The notes: generated by a model not told the origin, from the letters alone. 64,000 nt of DNA from Orbicella franksi (GCA_964199315.1 OZ116699.1:24986001-25050000), one strand, 5' to 3'. Shown: positions 50,707 to 62,826, counted from the first letter of the stretch. Program-made: numbers and translations.

Positions 50707-50910
50707 TGGTTTGAACCCAGGAGTATCAGTAGTTCGCGTAGTGTGATCGTCTGGCCGGTGAGTGTAGTTCTGAAAAGAACTGTTGTTGGTGACTGACGTT
50801 TCGACAACCTGAGCGGAAGTCATCTTCAGAGTTTAGTGAATAGTGTTTGTCAGTCGATGATGTTATAAGTCTGGTCCTTTGAACGTGATTGGTCAGTATA
50901 GCCATGATGG
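50707..50910 (-). mobile_element. Penelope-like element terminal-repeat fragment
   Basis: Shares sequence with 2950-3078 and contains a minimal hammerhead motif. PLE terminal repeats are known to carry such motifs. Confidence 0.6.
50792..50832 (-). ncRNA. Minimal type-I hammerhead ribozyme motif
   Basis: Minus strand ACT-CTGAAGA-T-GAC(ttccgctcaggtt)GTC-GAAAC-GTC^AGT: intact core, stem II GAC/GTC, palindromic ACGT as stem III, 3-bp stem I ACT/AGT. Confidence 0.65.
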
Positions 50911-51810
50911 CATCGCAACTTATAACTCGCGATCGCAACATATAACTCGCGATCGCAACTTATAATTCGCGATGGCAACTTATAACTCGCGATGGCAACT
51001 TATAACTCGCGATCGCAACTTATAACTTGCGATCGCAACTTATAACTCGGGATCGCAACTTATAAGTCGCGATCGCAACTTATAACTCGCGATCGCGACT
51101 TATAACTCGCGATCGCGACTTATAACTCGCGATCGCGACTTATAAGTCGCGATCGCAACTTATAACTCGCTATCGCAACTTATAACTGGCGATCGCAAAT
51201 TATAACTTTCGATCGCAACTTATAACTCGCGATCCAAACTTATAACTCGCGATCTCAACTTATAACTTTCGATCGCAACTTATAACTCCCGATCGCAACT
51301 TATAACTCGCAATGGCAACTTCTAACTCGCATCGCGAGTTATAAGTCGCGATCGCAACTTATAACTCGCGATCGCAACTTATAACTCGCGATCGCAACTT
51401 ATAACTAGCGATCGCAACTTTTAAGTCGCGATGGCAACTTATAACTTGCGATGGCAACTTATAACTCGCGATGGCAACTTATAACTCGCGATCGCAACTT
51501 ATAACTCGCGATCGCAACTTATAACCTTTGATCGTGACCGCGACTTATAACTCGCGATCGCCACTGATAACTCGCGATCGCAACTTATAACTCTCCGTAT
51601 AACTCTCGATCGCAAGTTATAACTGGCGACTGCGACTTATAACTCGCGATCGCAACTTATAACTCTCGATTGCGACTTATAATTTTCGATCGCGACTTAT
51701 AACTCTCGATTGCAACTTATAACTCGTAATCGCAACTTATAGCTCTCGATCGATATAGTCGATCGAGACTTATAGCTCTCCAGCGCGATTTAAAACTTTC
51801 GATCGTAACT
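50911..51810 (+). repeat. 20-bp CpG-rich satellite array (about 45 units, cgcgatcgcaacttataact)
   Basis: Regular 20-bp periodicity with a local inverted unit near 51330; no unique spacers. Confidence 0.95.
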
Positions 51811-52090
51811 TAATATATAGATTTAGGCCAGTCTAAAAGCGTAGCTCCTGCGCCGGGCTATTCAGAACCCGAGTAAGCTAACCCATGAAAAGTTAGAATT
51901 TTGATTTGAGTTTTCAACTTTGAGGTGAGGTTTTCTGTTTATTGTTTGGCCTTCTGTTTTAAATATTAATAATCACCATATACACAAAACAAAGCAGCAA
52001 AAAACGTTTGTATAGGAGAAGAAGTTATAATTCGGTTAACTTTTAATCCTTGGTTAGCGTTAACCGCCTTCCGAACAATCCTGCCCTGCT
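51811..52090 (+). repeat. Dispersed repeat, copy 1 (direct copy at 56602-56838)
   Basis: taatatatagatttaggccag.ctaaaag.gtagctcctg.gccggg...gttataattcggttaa is present at both loci. Confidence 0.85.
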
Positions 52091-52805
52091 TTCAACAAGT
52101 TAACCTGACATGAGCCCAGACAGACAGACATACTTTATGTTACCGCCATATCGCGAAGCCAATCTCGATCGGTCTCCAAACATCGTTTTAAAAAAGAACA
52201 AACGTTTAAGTTTATTCACGACGAGTTTGACTAAAAATAGAACAAAACTAAACAATTATTTACAACATTAAACGGCTGAACGGACAAACCCCGAAAAACA
52301 CAAACTTACAGCTTTTTCCCGAAATGAATGACTGACCTCTGGTAGACGATGATCGCGAAAAGGAAATTATAAGAACAGCGACAATGACTAGCTCTAATAT
52401 AACTCGAAGGATGTTAGTTTGACCGTTGCCACAGAATTTAAACTACTAGTCTTATTAACATATTGACCTCACGCGCGCGCGAAAATACCAGGTGTCCCGC
52501 GGGGCCTCTTGTAAGCATAATTAGCAAGAGTGTTACACTTTATTTAACGTGGACAAGTACACACACAGCCCGCAATCCAATTGAAAATCAGCACTTGGTC
52601 AGCACTTGGTCAGCGGTCAACTTGAACCTGCGATATGGTCTTACAATACTGGTCAGCGGATACCTTGTTTTGACAGGTGTCAACTGATCATAACATGGAT
52701 GTCCAATATCAAAGAAGTACACGGTAAAGCAAGGGTGCATATCTCCGTCAACCTATTATTTGGAGTATGGCCGCCATGTAATGTTGCGCGACTCCGTCGT
52801 CGTCG

Positions 52806-52848
<43 letters not shown>

Positions 52849-53250
52849 TATGATAACCATGAGAAAATCAACTCATTGGTTTTCTTTTCTTTCCCATATG
52901 AGTATGGGGCTCCGCTTGGCGGCCCTTCGGGCCGCCGGAGCTCCGCTATAACTCGCAACTTCCAATCTCGTTCCCATGCCCAGAGTCCACGTGTGTTTTG
53001 GTCAGCTCCAAGACACGGAGCTCTGGAATAATCAATTTCCAGACTCTAATATTTTAGGAGTTCCAGTTTCACGGCGCATGCGTGCCTTGGTTTAAAACAT
53101 GGCAATATCGTTCCCAGAGCCCACGTGTCTTTTGGTTGGCGCTGACCAAAAGACATGTGGGCTCTGGGAACGAGTTTGCTCGACTTCCAACTTGGCAACT
53201 TGATTTCCTCTGTGCAGTGCGCGTGAGCTTACTGCCCGAAACAATGTAAT

Positions 53251-55431
53251 ACGGCGACTGCAATCCGCAATTACAGTAGAACCCCGGTAACTTGAACTCT
53301 GAAGGGAAACGAAAAACAGTTCGAGTTAGCGGGGGTTCGAGTTATCGGGGTCGATTGAATATCCAACTGGCCACGTTGAAAATTGATAGTTTGCTGATTT
53401 TTTAGCACTTCAATATACAGTGACAGCCAATGCACCGCATCCAGTAAGACTCATAAGATCGGGAAATGACTGTCAAATATGTGAACGGTCGGTTGCACTG
53501 ATTAAAATCAAATTACTGTGGTGTTAGTTTTAAGTGTTTTTATCGATCACAGGACAGGAAAAGCTAATGGCATGACTTCCCTGGTGAGTTACAAGAACCA
53601 GAATTCGAGTTATCGGGCTAAATTTTTATCAAGAGAAACGAAATTTAGTTCAAGTTAGCGGGGAATTCGAGTTATCCGAGTTCGAGTTAACCGAGTTAAA
53701 ATGACTGAAAAGTGGGGTCAAATCCACGGAAAATGGGACTTGGTTCTAGTTAGCGGGGGAATTCGAGTTATTCGAGTTCGAGTTGACCGAGTTAAAATGA
53801 CTGAAAAGTGGGGTCAAATCCATGGAAAATGGGACTTGGTTCGAGTTAGCGGGGGAATTCGAGTTATCCGAGTTCGAGTTAACCGAGTTAAAATGACTGA
53901 AAAGTGGGGTCAAATCCACGGAAAATGGGACTTGGTTCTAGTTAGCGGGGGAATTCGAGTTATTCGAGTTCGAGTTAACCGAGTTAAAATGACTGAAAAG
54001 TGGGGTCAAATCCACGGAAAATGGGACTTGGTTCTAGTTAGCGGGGGAATTCGAGTTATTCGAGTTCGAGTTGACCGAGTTAAAATGACTGAAAAGTGGG
54101 GTCAAATCCATGGAAAATGGGACTTGGTTCGAGTTAGCGGGGGAATTCGAGTTATCCGAGTTCGAGTTACCGGGATTGTACTGTACTTCGCTGTGACTTT
54201 TCTTGCCGCCCTTTTCCGATTTCATGCCAACGGAGCTCTTCCAAATTACATTCCTAATTTACGAAGAGGGAATGGAGATCGAGAGACCTTGATAGAGGAT
54301 TACTTTTGTCTTGGTTTTAGCTACTGGGAGGTGCTCTCATTTCTGCTGGTATATCATGGCATTCGATTAAGTTTAAGGCACCTTAAAAGGATCTTCAGAA
54401 GTCGTGGACTACGCAGGAGAAATATCCATTCAAGTATCGAGAGAGTCGTGGATGCAGTAGAGTAAGAATTACAGTGGAGTGGGAGTACTATTGGATATCG
54501 GCAAATGCACCAGAGATTGTTAAGAGATCATGGACTTGTGATAGATCGAGAAACTGTTAGGCGTGCCATTAAACGGCTGGACCCAGAGGGTGTTGAGATG
54601 CGAACGAAGAGGCGGTTTAGGAGGAGATATGCAGCTCTTGGTCCTAACTTCATATGGCATCTCGACGGTTACGACAAACTAAAACCGTACTGGTTCTGCA
54701 TTCACGGTGCGATAGACGGTTATAGTCGACGCACATTGTGCCTTGAAGTTGGGCCTACAAATAACGACCCGATGATTACTGCTCAATACTTCATTGACTG
54801 TGTTCAGCAGTTACGTGGACTCCCGCGAGTTGTCAGAGGCGATTGCGGAACTGAAAACATACATATTGCTGCAGTTCAGCGGTTTATGAGAAGAAATGGT
54901 GGAGATAATATGGCTGGGGAAAAGAGCTTCCTGTATGGAAAATCTGTCGCAAACCAGAGAATTGAAGCTTGGTGGAGTTTTTTAAGGAAAAGTAACACCG
55001 ACTGTTGGATACGATTTTTTAAAGATTTTTCGGACCTGGGTCATTTTGATAACCGCAATATTATTCATGTAGAATGTTTAAGGTTTTGTTTTATGGGCTT
55101 AATTGAAGAGGAACTGTATAAGGTTGCGCAGAACTGGAACTTGCACAAGATACGGCCTTGTAATGCGGAGACACCACCTGGAAGACCTGATACACTGTTT
55201 TTTCCTCCAGGAGAAGCAGGAGCTACGGACTACAAGAAAGACGCGGACGAGAATGATCTGGAGGTAGCAGAGAATTTATGTGGTGAGCGGTGCCATCCTC
55301 TTGGTTGTTCACTAGCATTCGTATCATTAACAGAGCTCATTATGGAGGATAACAACTTGTATTTGCCACAAGACCCAAACGAAGCAGCGTCTCTGTATTT
55401 AGACCTGTTCCATCATATCAGCAATCTGTAA
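53251..55431 (+). pseudogene. Decayed IS3-like (IS3EU-type) DDE transposase/integrase, interrupted by a MITE
   Basis: N-terminal HTH-like LIEDYFCLGFSYWEVLSFLLVYHGIRLSLRHLKRIF; in-frame TAA at 54463-54465; then ELQWSGSTIGYRQMHQRL...GPNFIWHLDGYDKLKP..CIHGAIDGYSRR...VRGDCGTEN...SVANQRIEAWWSFLR with D, D and E present. Probable start ATG>ACG at 53251, upstream of the MITE. Confidence 0.85.
53274..54183. mobile_element. 910-bp Tc1/mariner-type MITE containing about five 96-bp tandem repeats
   Basis: TIR cagtagaaccccggtaacttgaactc vs gagttcgagttaccgggattgtactg; TA TSD (53272-53273, 54184-54185). Repeat units start at 53701, 53797, 53893, 53989 and 54085. Confidence 0.9.
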
Positions 55432-56107
55432 ATCACCAACCTCTCTTACTGAGCGAGAAATGCGAAGTTATTGGCAAGTGTGCACGACATTTCAAGTTTC
55501 CTTATGCGTTTTCGTTTTCTCGGTTCCTGAAGAAAAATCCGTATCGATGTTAAATGGTAGAAGAACTAGGCAAGTTCATCACTAAGAACACGGTGTAGTA
55601 GATTTAGCAATTATTACATTGTTTCTTTTCAGTGCTGTGAAGTATTTGTACTTTTGTTCAATTATACAGAAGCACGGCTTGTATCAAAATTTAATCCTTA
55701 AATACCAGGCCCTGGTTGTTCAAAGGATGAATAATGCTATCCATCGGATAAATTGCTCTTCAGTGGATCAGTGTTAGGAAAAACAACTGCGACATCTACT
55801 GGATATCCGTTGATAGGATTATCTCCAAAATAAACTGCTGGACAATAGTTTGTTCTAGAGCAGATATTTACAACAAAAAAAAAACAGTATTTAAAACAGT
55901 ATTTGGATGCCCCTGTTCAAGGAAAACGTGAACAAAACTATTGGGTTTATTTTAAATTTTTGTAGAGTTGCTATCTTGAAAATCTATCCAAACGCAATTT
56001 GTTGAAAAAAAACTCATCCGGAGCCACTTTTAACATTGACTAGTCAATTACAACGAACGTTAAAAAAGAAAGGAGTCGGCTGACTTAGGTAAATCGGTAG
56101 CTTATAA

Positions 56108-56342
56108 TAGAGAGATTAAGCATGACGTTTACGGCAAACGGCAAACGGCAAAATTGAAACTTTTGCCCTCTCTCTCCAGCTGTGTGTATAGTAGAGTGAA
56201 ATTATTTGTATTTGCAATGAATAGTAGGAGACGTTATTCCATTTTTGTGTGCTTTATTTACGGATTAGAAGAAAAGAACTCAAAATCAGAAGTTATCTTC
56301 GCCGTTTGCCGTCTGTCGTTAACGTCATGCTTAACCTCTCTA
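56108..56342. mobile_element. PIF/Harbinger-like MITE
   Basis: TIR tagagagattaagcatgacgttta / ttaacgtcatgcttaacctctcta with TAA and TTA flanks. Confidence 0.7.
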
Positions 56343-56601
56343 TTATCAAATAGGAGAAACTTCTTGTATTTTTTATTTTTGGGTGGCCCTGTTGAGTTCG
56401 TTGCACTGTAAGGTGTAAGGTGGTTTCAGTATTCCGGCGAGAAAAACAAAAAACAGAAAATTGACCCTTTTTTTCGGCCAAGACCGAAAGATAACACTCT
56501 AATTGAATATGGGAGCTTTCTTCCCCACCCCCCCCCTCCCCCCCAATCCCGGGCATGTATCACCTGTTCCTTCTCTCAACTATAAATCACAATAACGGCA
56601 A

Positions 56602-56986
56602 TAATATATAGATTTAGGCCAGCCTAAAAGGGTAGCTCCTGGGCCGGGTTGTTCAGAGCCCGACTAAGCTAACCCAGGAAAAGGTAGAATTTTGATTTGA
56701 GTTTAGTAACTTTGCGATGAGGTTTTCTGTATATTGTTTGGCCCTCTGTTTTGAGTTTTAATAATCACCATATGCACGAAACAAAGCAGCAAAAAATATT
56801 TGTACAGAAGAAAAAGTTATAATTCGGTTAATCTTGGGTGTTTTTAGGAGGTCATACTGTTGCTATGGTAACCTATTGCATCACAAAAATGATACCAACG
56901 TGTTCACCATACATACATACATTGTTCGGAAGCCAGTTAAGTTAACCCAAGATTAACCGAATTATAACTTTTTCTTCTGTACAAAT
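56602..56986 (+). repeat. Dispersed repeat, copy 2, with local inverted duplication
   Basis: Direct copy of 51811-52050; about 56940-56986 is the reverse complement of about 56795-56838. Confidence 0.8.
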
Positions 56987-57423
56987 AACAATTACGATGA
57001 TAATTTCACAGTTCACGTGAAAGCAAGGAAACATCAAATTTCCACACAGCAAAATTTAAAAGACGATTTGATAACGTTAACTGATCAAATATACCGAACA
57101 CTAAATAGTGCTCTTTTCTAAAACCAATTACTTTGTTAAGACTTGGAGTTTCTTCGCACCATAATATTAAGCGCAGACAATTTACTCCGGAGCTGTTTAC
57201 TTGTCCGGTTAACAGTATAGGGAATGAGAAATTCCTTCAGAATCCACGTATTTCGTCTGACACTGAGGAAACTAAGAAAAAACTATAGCAACGTACACCA
57301 ATAAGAAAGTACTCAGCCAATGCTGATTGGAAAAGGAATGACAAATTCTAATAAACTGACTATTCATAAAGGTTCTCTTGGCAGCGTCTTTCGTTAGGCT
57401 AGCTAGATAGTTAGCTATGATCT

Positions 57424-60060
57424 TTAAATTGATGTAAACGTCCATGCTTCTGGAGATTGCAGCGTATTATCGAGCTGGACTCTGAAATCTTGAAAGCCAG
57501 TGTATCCTCCACAAGGGAGATCAATAATTGCTGAGCAAGTGTGGATGTAAACAAGGGGAATGGCTCCCGCTTGCGGATGAAACAGAACGTTGATGTTATC
57601 CACCGCTGGTAGAGAACTGCCGGTGACATAACGCAAGAATGACTACAGCTCTTTTGACGATAGGCTTTTGATGCACTGCTTTAGGAGCTGGAGTACCTGA
57701 GACTGCGACTTACTCAGCGACATCTCATCCACGCATATCATCTGGAGAACCTTTGAGGTGGTGAGGCTCATTTTGTCGTACAGATAATCGACCTCTGCCT
57801 TGCGGAAATTTCGCCACAATTTGTGGAACTTGCCTCCAAACATTCCGGCCTTTATCTCGTTTATAGCAACAGAAGGCTTAGCAATTAGCTCCGTTTTAGC
57901 GACGCTTACCAAAATATCTTGAAGTGAGGAAGGAATTGGAGTTTGAACCACTCCGTATCCCGACAAGAACTCCAAGAGGAACTCGGCCATCTCCTCGGAA
58001 AAAACCCCCCTAGACTGCGATGTTTCAAGCGCACTCTTTAACTGCAAGGAATCGTATACTGACACATGATCCAAAAGGCCAGAAATGTAGTCCTCGGCAG
58101 ACAGAACATCTTTACCAACCAGCAAGGTGGCCACGAAAACTTTACTGATGGTAATTGGAAAAATACCCGTCAATAGGTAACTGTGGCTTATGGCCCTTCC
58201 GATGGCTTGGTAGTCGCTGTTTTGGATACTCATGTCAGGCCCAACTCTTGGGACAAGGGTGGTATGTCCCTCAAAAAACTTCGCAAATGCCATTTCCCAG
58301 AAAAGTGTGAACACCTCACGTTTCACACCGACCATGTCAAGTCCTTGCTCACCCTTCCAGAATAAAGGTCAGGATAGCAGAACAAATATCTGGGGAGGTC
58401 TTGTACGCTTGAAGTAACTTTTGTAGTATTTGTTCTCTTGGAACACGGATTTGTATTACCTCGCATGCACCACACAATTCCTCTCTAAGCTTTACGCGCC
58501 GTTCTGTTAGGGACTAATGATCACAGTAAACAATAATAAGAAGAATGATACGATATGTACATGGTAATGCATCAAAGAAATATTTCATTCCAAAAACTGT
58601 GAAGATTTGTAGAAAGAAAGAGTGCGTCCGCGTACATTTATGTACAGAAAGACCAAACAGCTGTCTTTGGCTGAGAAAAACTCACAGTAAATAGTGACCA
58701 GACTTAGTGATTTGAATCGGAAGTTTACTTTTGCTCAAGGTGTAAAGTAGCCGTCACTAACTACAGTTCTTCCAAGACTTGCGCTAGATTTGATTGACAC
58801 TTCCTAAAATTTCCGCTTCAAAAGAGGAGATCCCAAAAATAGTTCGGTCTTTTGGGCCTTCAAAATTTTTGTCCAGAGGGAATGGGCCTGGTCGCTATAG
58901 ATCCACTAAATAAGAGACAAGAAAAATAAATAACTCTTCCTCGAATGGTGAATTTTCAGCATGTAATGTAGAATTTGACGAAGTGCTGTAAAAGAGAATA
59001 AGAGGTTTATGTCAATTTAAACAAAACAATGGGTGTCATTTCTTTATGTTGAAATTCAACTACATAACAAGGCTACGCCTGTGACGGTACAACAAAAACG
59101 ATTAATAAGCAATCCAAGGACCATATTTGATATACCTCAAGGGGGAATTATTGGCATTTTGATGACTCCTCGTCAATAAACTGATAATTCAATTATCTAC
59201 AGTCTATTATACAATACATAATATCGTCTCATATATTCCTGGTTCCCTTGTATACCATTGTATATGTGTTTCAAACTTGGACAATTGAAGAAATGTTTAC
59301 TAATTTGGGTATCAACGCCAATTTTTTTCAACTTCACTAACCCATTTCAATGTTTCCATTCATCCTGCATGCTGTCTTCTACAGCCGCATAGCCCTTGAA
59401 ACTTACTTCAGGAGAGGTGAAGGACATTGGTAATGGTTGCTCCAAACTTTCTACGTAAATGACAACTCTTTAAAAATCAAGGACTTTATCTTGAGGTGAT
59501 ATTGCAACAGCAGGTTCTACATGCAGACTGAGATGTTCAGGATGGTGGTTCAAAGACCCTACCCAATCGTATACTGCCAACATTTTCTCTTTGGCTGAGA
59601 AAATGCGACTTATTCTTCCCAGAAAAAGGTGCTGCACAACACTAAGAACTTGCGCTGATGCACCAGCTTCATTATCTGGCTCTTTTGGAACTCTCGCTTC
59701 TCTTGCACGACGAACTTCTTCTAATCGTGACAACTCTCTTATTTCGTCCTCTAAAGTTTTTCTTTTCCTGGAATCAATTTCAAGAGATTCTTGATATTCC
59801 TTATCTTGCTCAGCTTTCAGCTTCCTCTCATCCCCAAGTTGAGAATTATGCCAACGGGACAAATTGCTGTCTAGTCCAGAAGCTGTGGAAGTAGCCGGCT
59901 GACGTTCCGGACCGTCACTCTTACTCTCAAGTTGCAGAGTTTGGCGCCATTTTCTTCCTTTGTCTGACGGGCTAAAAGCACTTTCCATGAGTTCTTCATC
60001 ATCAGAATGTTCTTCATCTACAAGATCTACAACACTTTCATTGGGGTATTTCTTCTACTT
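57424..60060 (-). pseudogene. Decayed HECT-type E3 ubiquitin ligase with N-terminal coiled-coil and UBX-like domain
   Basis: 5' exon: LKAEQDKEYQESLEIDSRKRK...VPKEPDNE...GRISRIFSAKEKMLAVYDWVGS (FAF1/2-like coiled coil + UBX). Putative intron 58504-59341. HECT: IRVPREQIL...GEQGLDMVGVKREVFTLFW...FLRYVTGSS...YIHTCSAIIDLP...AWTFTSI*, with catalytic Cys at 57535-57537 and Phe at -4. Lesions: TAG 57643-57645, frameshift near 58353, TAA 59470-59472, and probable frameshifts near 59350 and 60040. Confidence 0.8.
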
Positions 60061-60710
60061 TACTTTTGTAAGTAACTTGACTAGAAGTTTGTATCGAATC
60101 GACTTCACTTTGTATCGAATCGACGTGTGCATCGAAACGACTTCGATTTACATCGAAAAGACTTTGTATCAAAACGACCAAATACCAGACAGTTCAAGGA
60201 CATTCTATCCGCTTTAGGTGTTTAGTAGCTTTGTAAGATTTGTAAGAATCTTGACCGAGGTCGTGAGTGCAGACCGAACGCAGTGAGGTCTGTACACACG
60301 ACTGAGGTCAGCATTCTCCCATACAGACCGACTAAGCTCGGTTAATAAGATGTTTATTATATGGCAAACAAGAAAAATTTAATTCGTTTAATGTAACTGG
60401 TTTGTACTGGCAAACATTTTGTTAGCGACCACCCGAACTTAAATCTGCCATAGTTTGCACGTCCTCTTTACTTTTTTTTCTCTCATCAAGCTTTTTGGCA
60501 TTTCCGTAAATTATGGAGGAAAAAATAGTGGAAAATAGTCAATATTTTTGTAATATAGTTTGCAACTTTTTCACCGCAAAATGTAACAGGTCTAGATGCC
60601 GATCTAGATGGGCAAATCTAGACCGCGGTCAATATCTATTTTAGCCAATCAAATTCGTGAATTCGGTAGTTCCCAGTCCTTGTGAGATACAGCCATAAAA
60701 TAAAAGCTAA

Positions 60711-61105
60711 TAGAGTCCTAAAGTGATGATGTCACAAAAATAAAATTTTTGAAATTATAGGATATGATGTCATATTCTTATAGCGGATCCTAAAAGATAC
60801 CCTCATCCCAAAAATTAGCTCGGAATTGCAGTTCCCGATAGAGATATAAGGGATCAAAGTTTGATAGCATCCCATACAAACCCTTCAAAACTTGTTTCAG
60901 TTCCTTCAGTTTAGAACTGACTCAAAATTAGAGAGATTTATATGGGACAGTACCAAATTTTCATCCTTTATATTTCGGCTAGGAATTTACAATCAAGAGG
61001 TAATTCTTGGCAAGGACCCTTTTTTAAGGACGCTCCATTCGAAAATGGCGCCAAATCCCATAATTTCTCAAATTTATTTTTGTGACGTCACACTTTAGGA
61101 CTCTA
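60711..61105. mobile_element. PIF/Harbinger-like MITE
   Basis: TIR tagagtcctaaagtg.tga.gtcacaaaaataaa / tttatttttgtgacgtcacactttaggactcta; TAA on both flanks. Confidence 0.8.
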
Positions 61106-61110
61106 TAAAG

Positions 61111-61490
61111 CGAGTTATAAGTCGCGATCGAAAGTTATAACTCGCGATCGAGAGTTATAAGTCGCGATCGAGAGTTTAAAGTTGTGATCGAAAGTTATAA
61201 CTCGCGATCGCGAGATGTAAGTTGTGATCGCGAGTTGTAAGTCGCGATCGAGAGTTATAAGTTGCGATCGCGAGTTATAAATCGCGATCGCGAGTTGTAA
61301 GTCGCGATCGCGAGTTGTAAGTCGCGATCGAGAGTTATAAGTCGCAATAGCGAGTTATAAGTTGCGATCGCGAGTTGTAAGTCGCGATCGAGAGTTGTAA
61401 GTGGCGACCGAGAGTTGTAAGTCGCGATCGAGAGTTATAAGTCGCGATAGCGAGTTATAAGTTGCGATCGAAAGTTATGAGCTGCGATCG
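61111..61490 (-). repeat. 20-bp satellite array (about 19 units), inverted relative to 50911-51810
   Basis: Unit agttataagtcgcgatcgcg is the reverse complement of the first array's unit. Confidence 0.95.
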
Positions 61491-62408
61491 ACAATAACTC
61501 AAAGAGAAAAAAAAAGAAAGCTATGTTTATTTAATTAAGTTGCCAAAGCAAAATTTTATGTCGTGCTGAAAAATAACGAAATGTCTCCTACAGGCCACCG
61601 TAGTATCAGCTGAGGTTGATCTTTCTTAATTGCTCAGATGTGTAATGCCACATTACAAAAACATTGGACTTCGTCTGAGTTTCTCAACTATTATGCCCTT
61701 GCGAATACATAATTCTTTCAAACGAATGATCTCTCAAGTTTCTTTTTTTTTTGAACACTTGGTTGTTTCTCAAAAACGAAATTAGCGCTGTGTCGAATAA
61801 GCGTCCTGTCTCAAATAAGCGCCTCCCTATGCGTCAAGTGTGAAAATGGGACGACTGATCAGACGCAATAAGGTCACAAAGCCCTCAGTTCGTTGTTCCA
61901 GATTTAAAAAATTCACGTATAATTGTCTTCTACACCAAAACACTTTATGCACCTATGAAACCTGCCACTTGAAGATTTTTATGTAGTTTATGGCTTACTG
62001 AAGGTTGTTGAAATTTTCGAAAATTAAAGGTGGCTCTGAACCCCACGTACAGATTTTTTTAAACTTAGCTAAAAGTTGCATCTTATCCTGCTAATCAAAA
62101 TTTGAAATATAAAAGTTGGGGGTCAGTAGTTTCGTTTTTGAGTTACTAGCAGTTACAGCTATAACGAAGTGTTTTTGCAAACAGCTATAACCAACTGTGT
62201 CACAAGAAAAGATAAGCATTAACTGATTAAGAGTGGTTATAATGTTCCATCAAAATCTAAGTCTTTGAAAGTGCTGGGAACTGTTGCCAGCCATCTTAAA
62301 GCATTCTGTTTTCCTTTAGTTCCAACTTTCTTTTACATTTTTTAGGAAACTTCAGATGTAATCGCGAAGTCAGCTGTCAATTAGAGTTTACAGCATCTGT
62401 CCAGTCCG

Positions 62409-62604
62409 NNNNNNNNNNNNNNNNNNNNNNNNNNNNNNNNNNNNNNNNNNNNNNNNNNNNNNNNNNNNNNNNNNNNNNNNNNNNNNNNNNNNNNNNNNNN
62501 NNNNNNNNNNNNNNNNNNNNNNNNNNNNNNNNNNNNNNNNNNNNNNNNNNNNNNNNNNNNNNNNNNNNNNNNNNNNNNNNNNNNNNNNNNNNNNNNNNNN
62601 NNNN
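62409..62604. other. Assembly gap (N run)
   Basis: Run of N. Confidence 1.
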
Positions 62605-62826
62605 GCAGGTTGCTTTAGATGGTGCACATAAAAACAGGCAAGACTTAGGGAAATGTTTTCTCTAATACAAGACAACAGCAACAACGGGAATGACAAAAAT
62701 AACACACAAGAACGTACACAAGCCTTCTTTTTTAGTACAATTGTTTATTTGACAAGAGAATAACAACTAAACTAAATGTGATTTCTGATTGGTGTCCAGT
62801 GTGGCAAAGATCCTTGGTATTTTCTT

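Noticed and set aside
50911-51810. Satellite array as a CRISPR array
   Set aside because: Head-to-tail units without unique spacers, no cas genes, and a spliceosomal eukaryotic context.
53701-54465. 254-aa repeat ORF as a genuine host gene
   Set aside because: The repeats lie inside a TIR/TA-bounded MITE and the remainder is transposase N-terminus.
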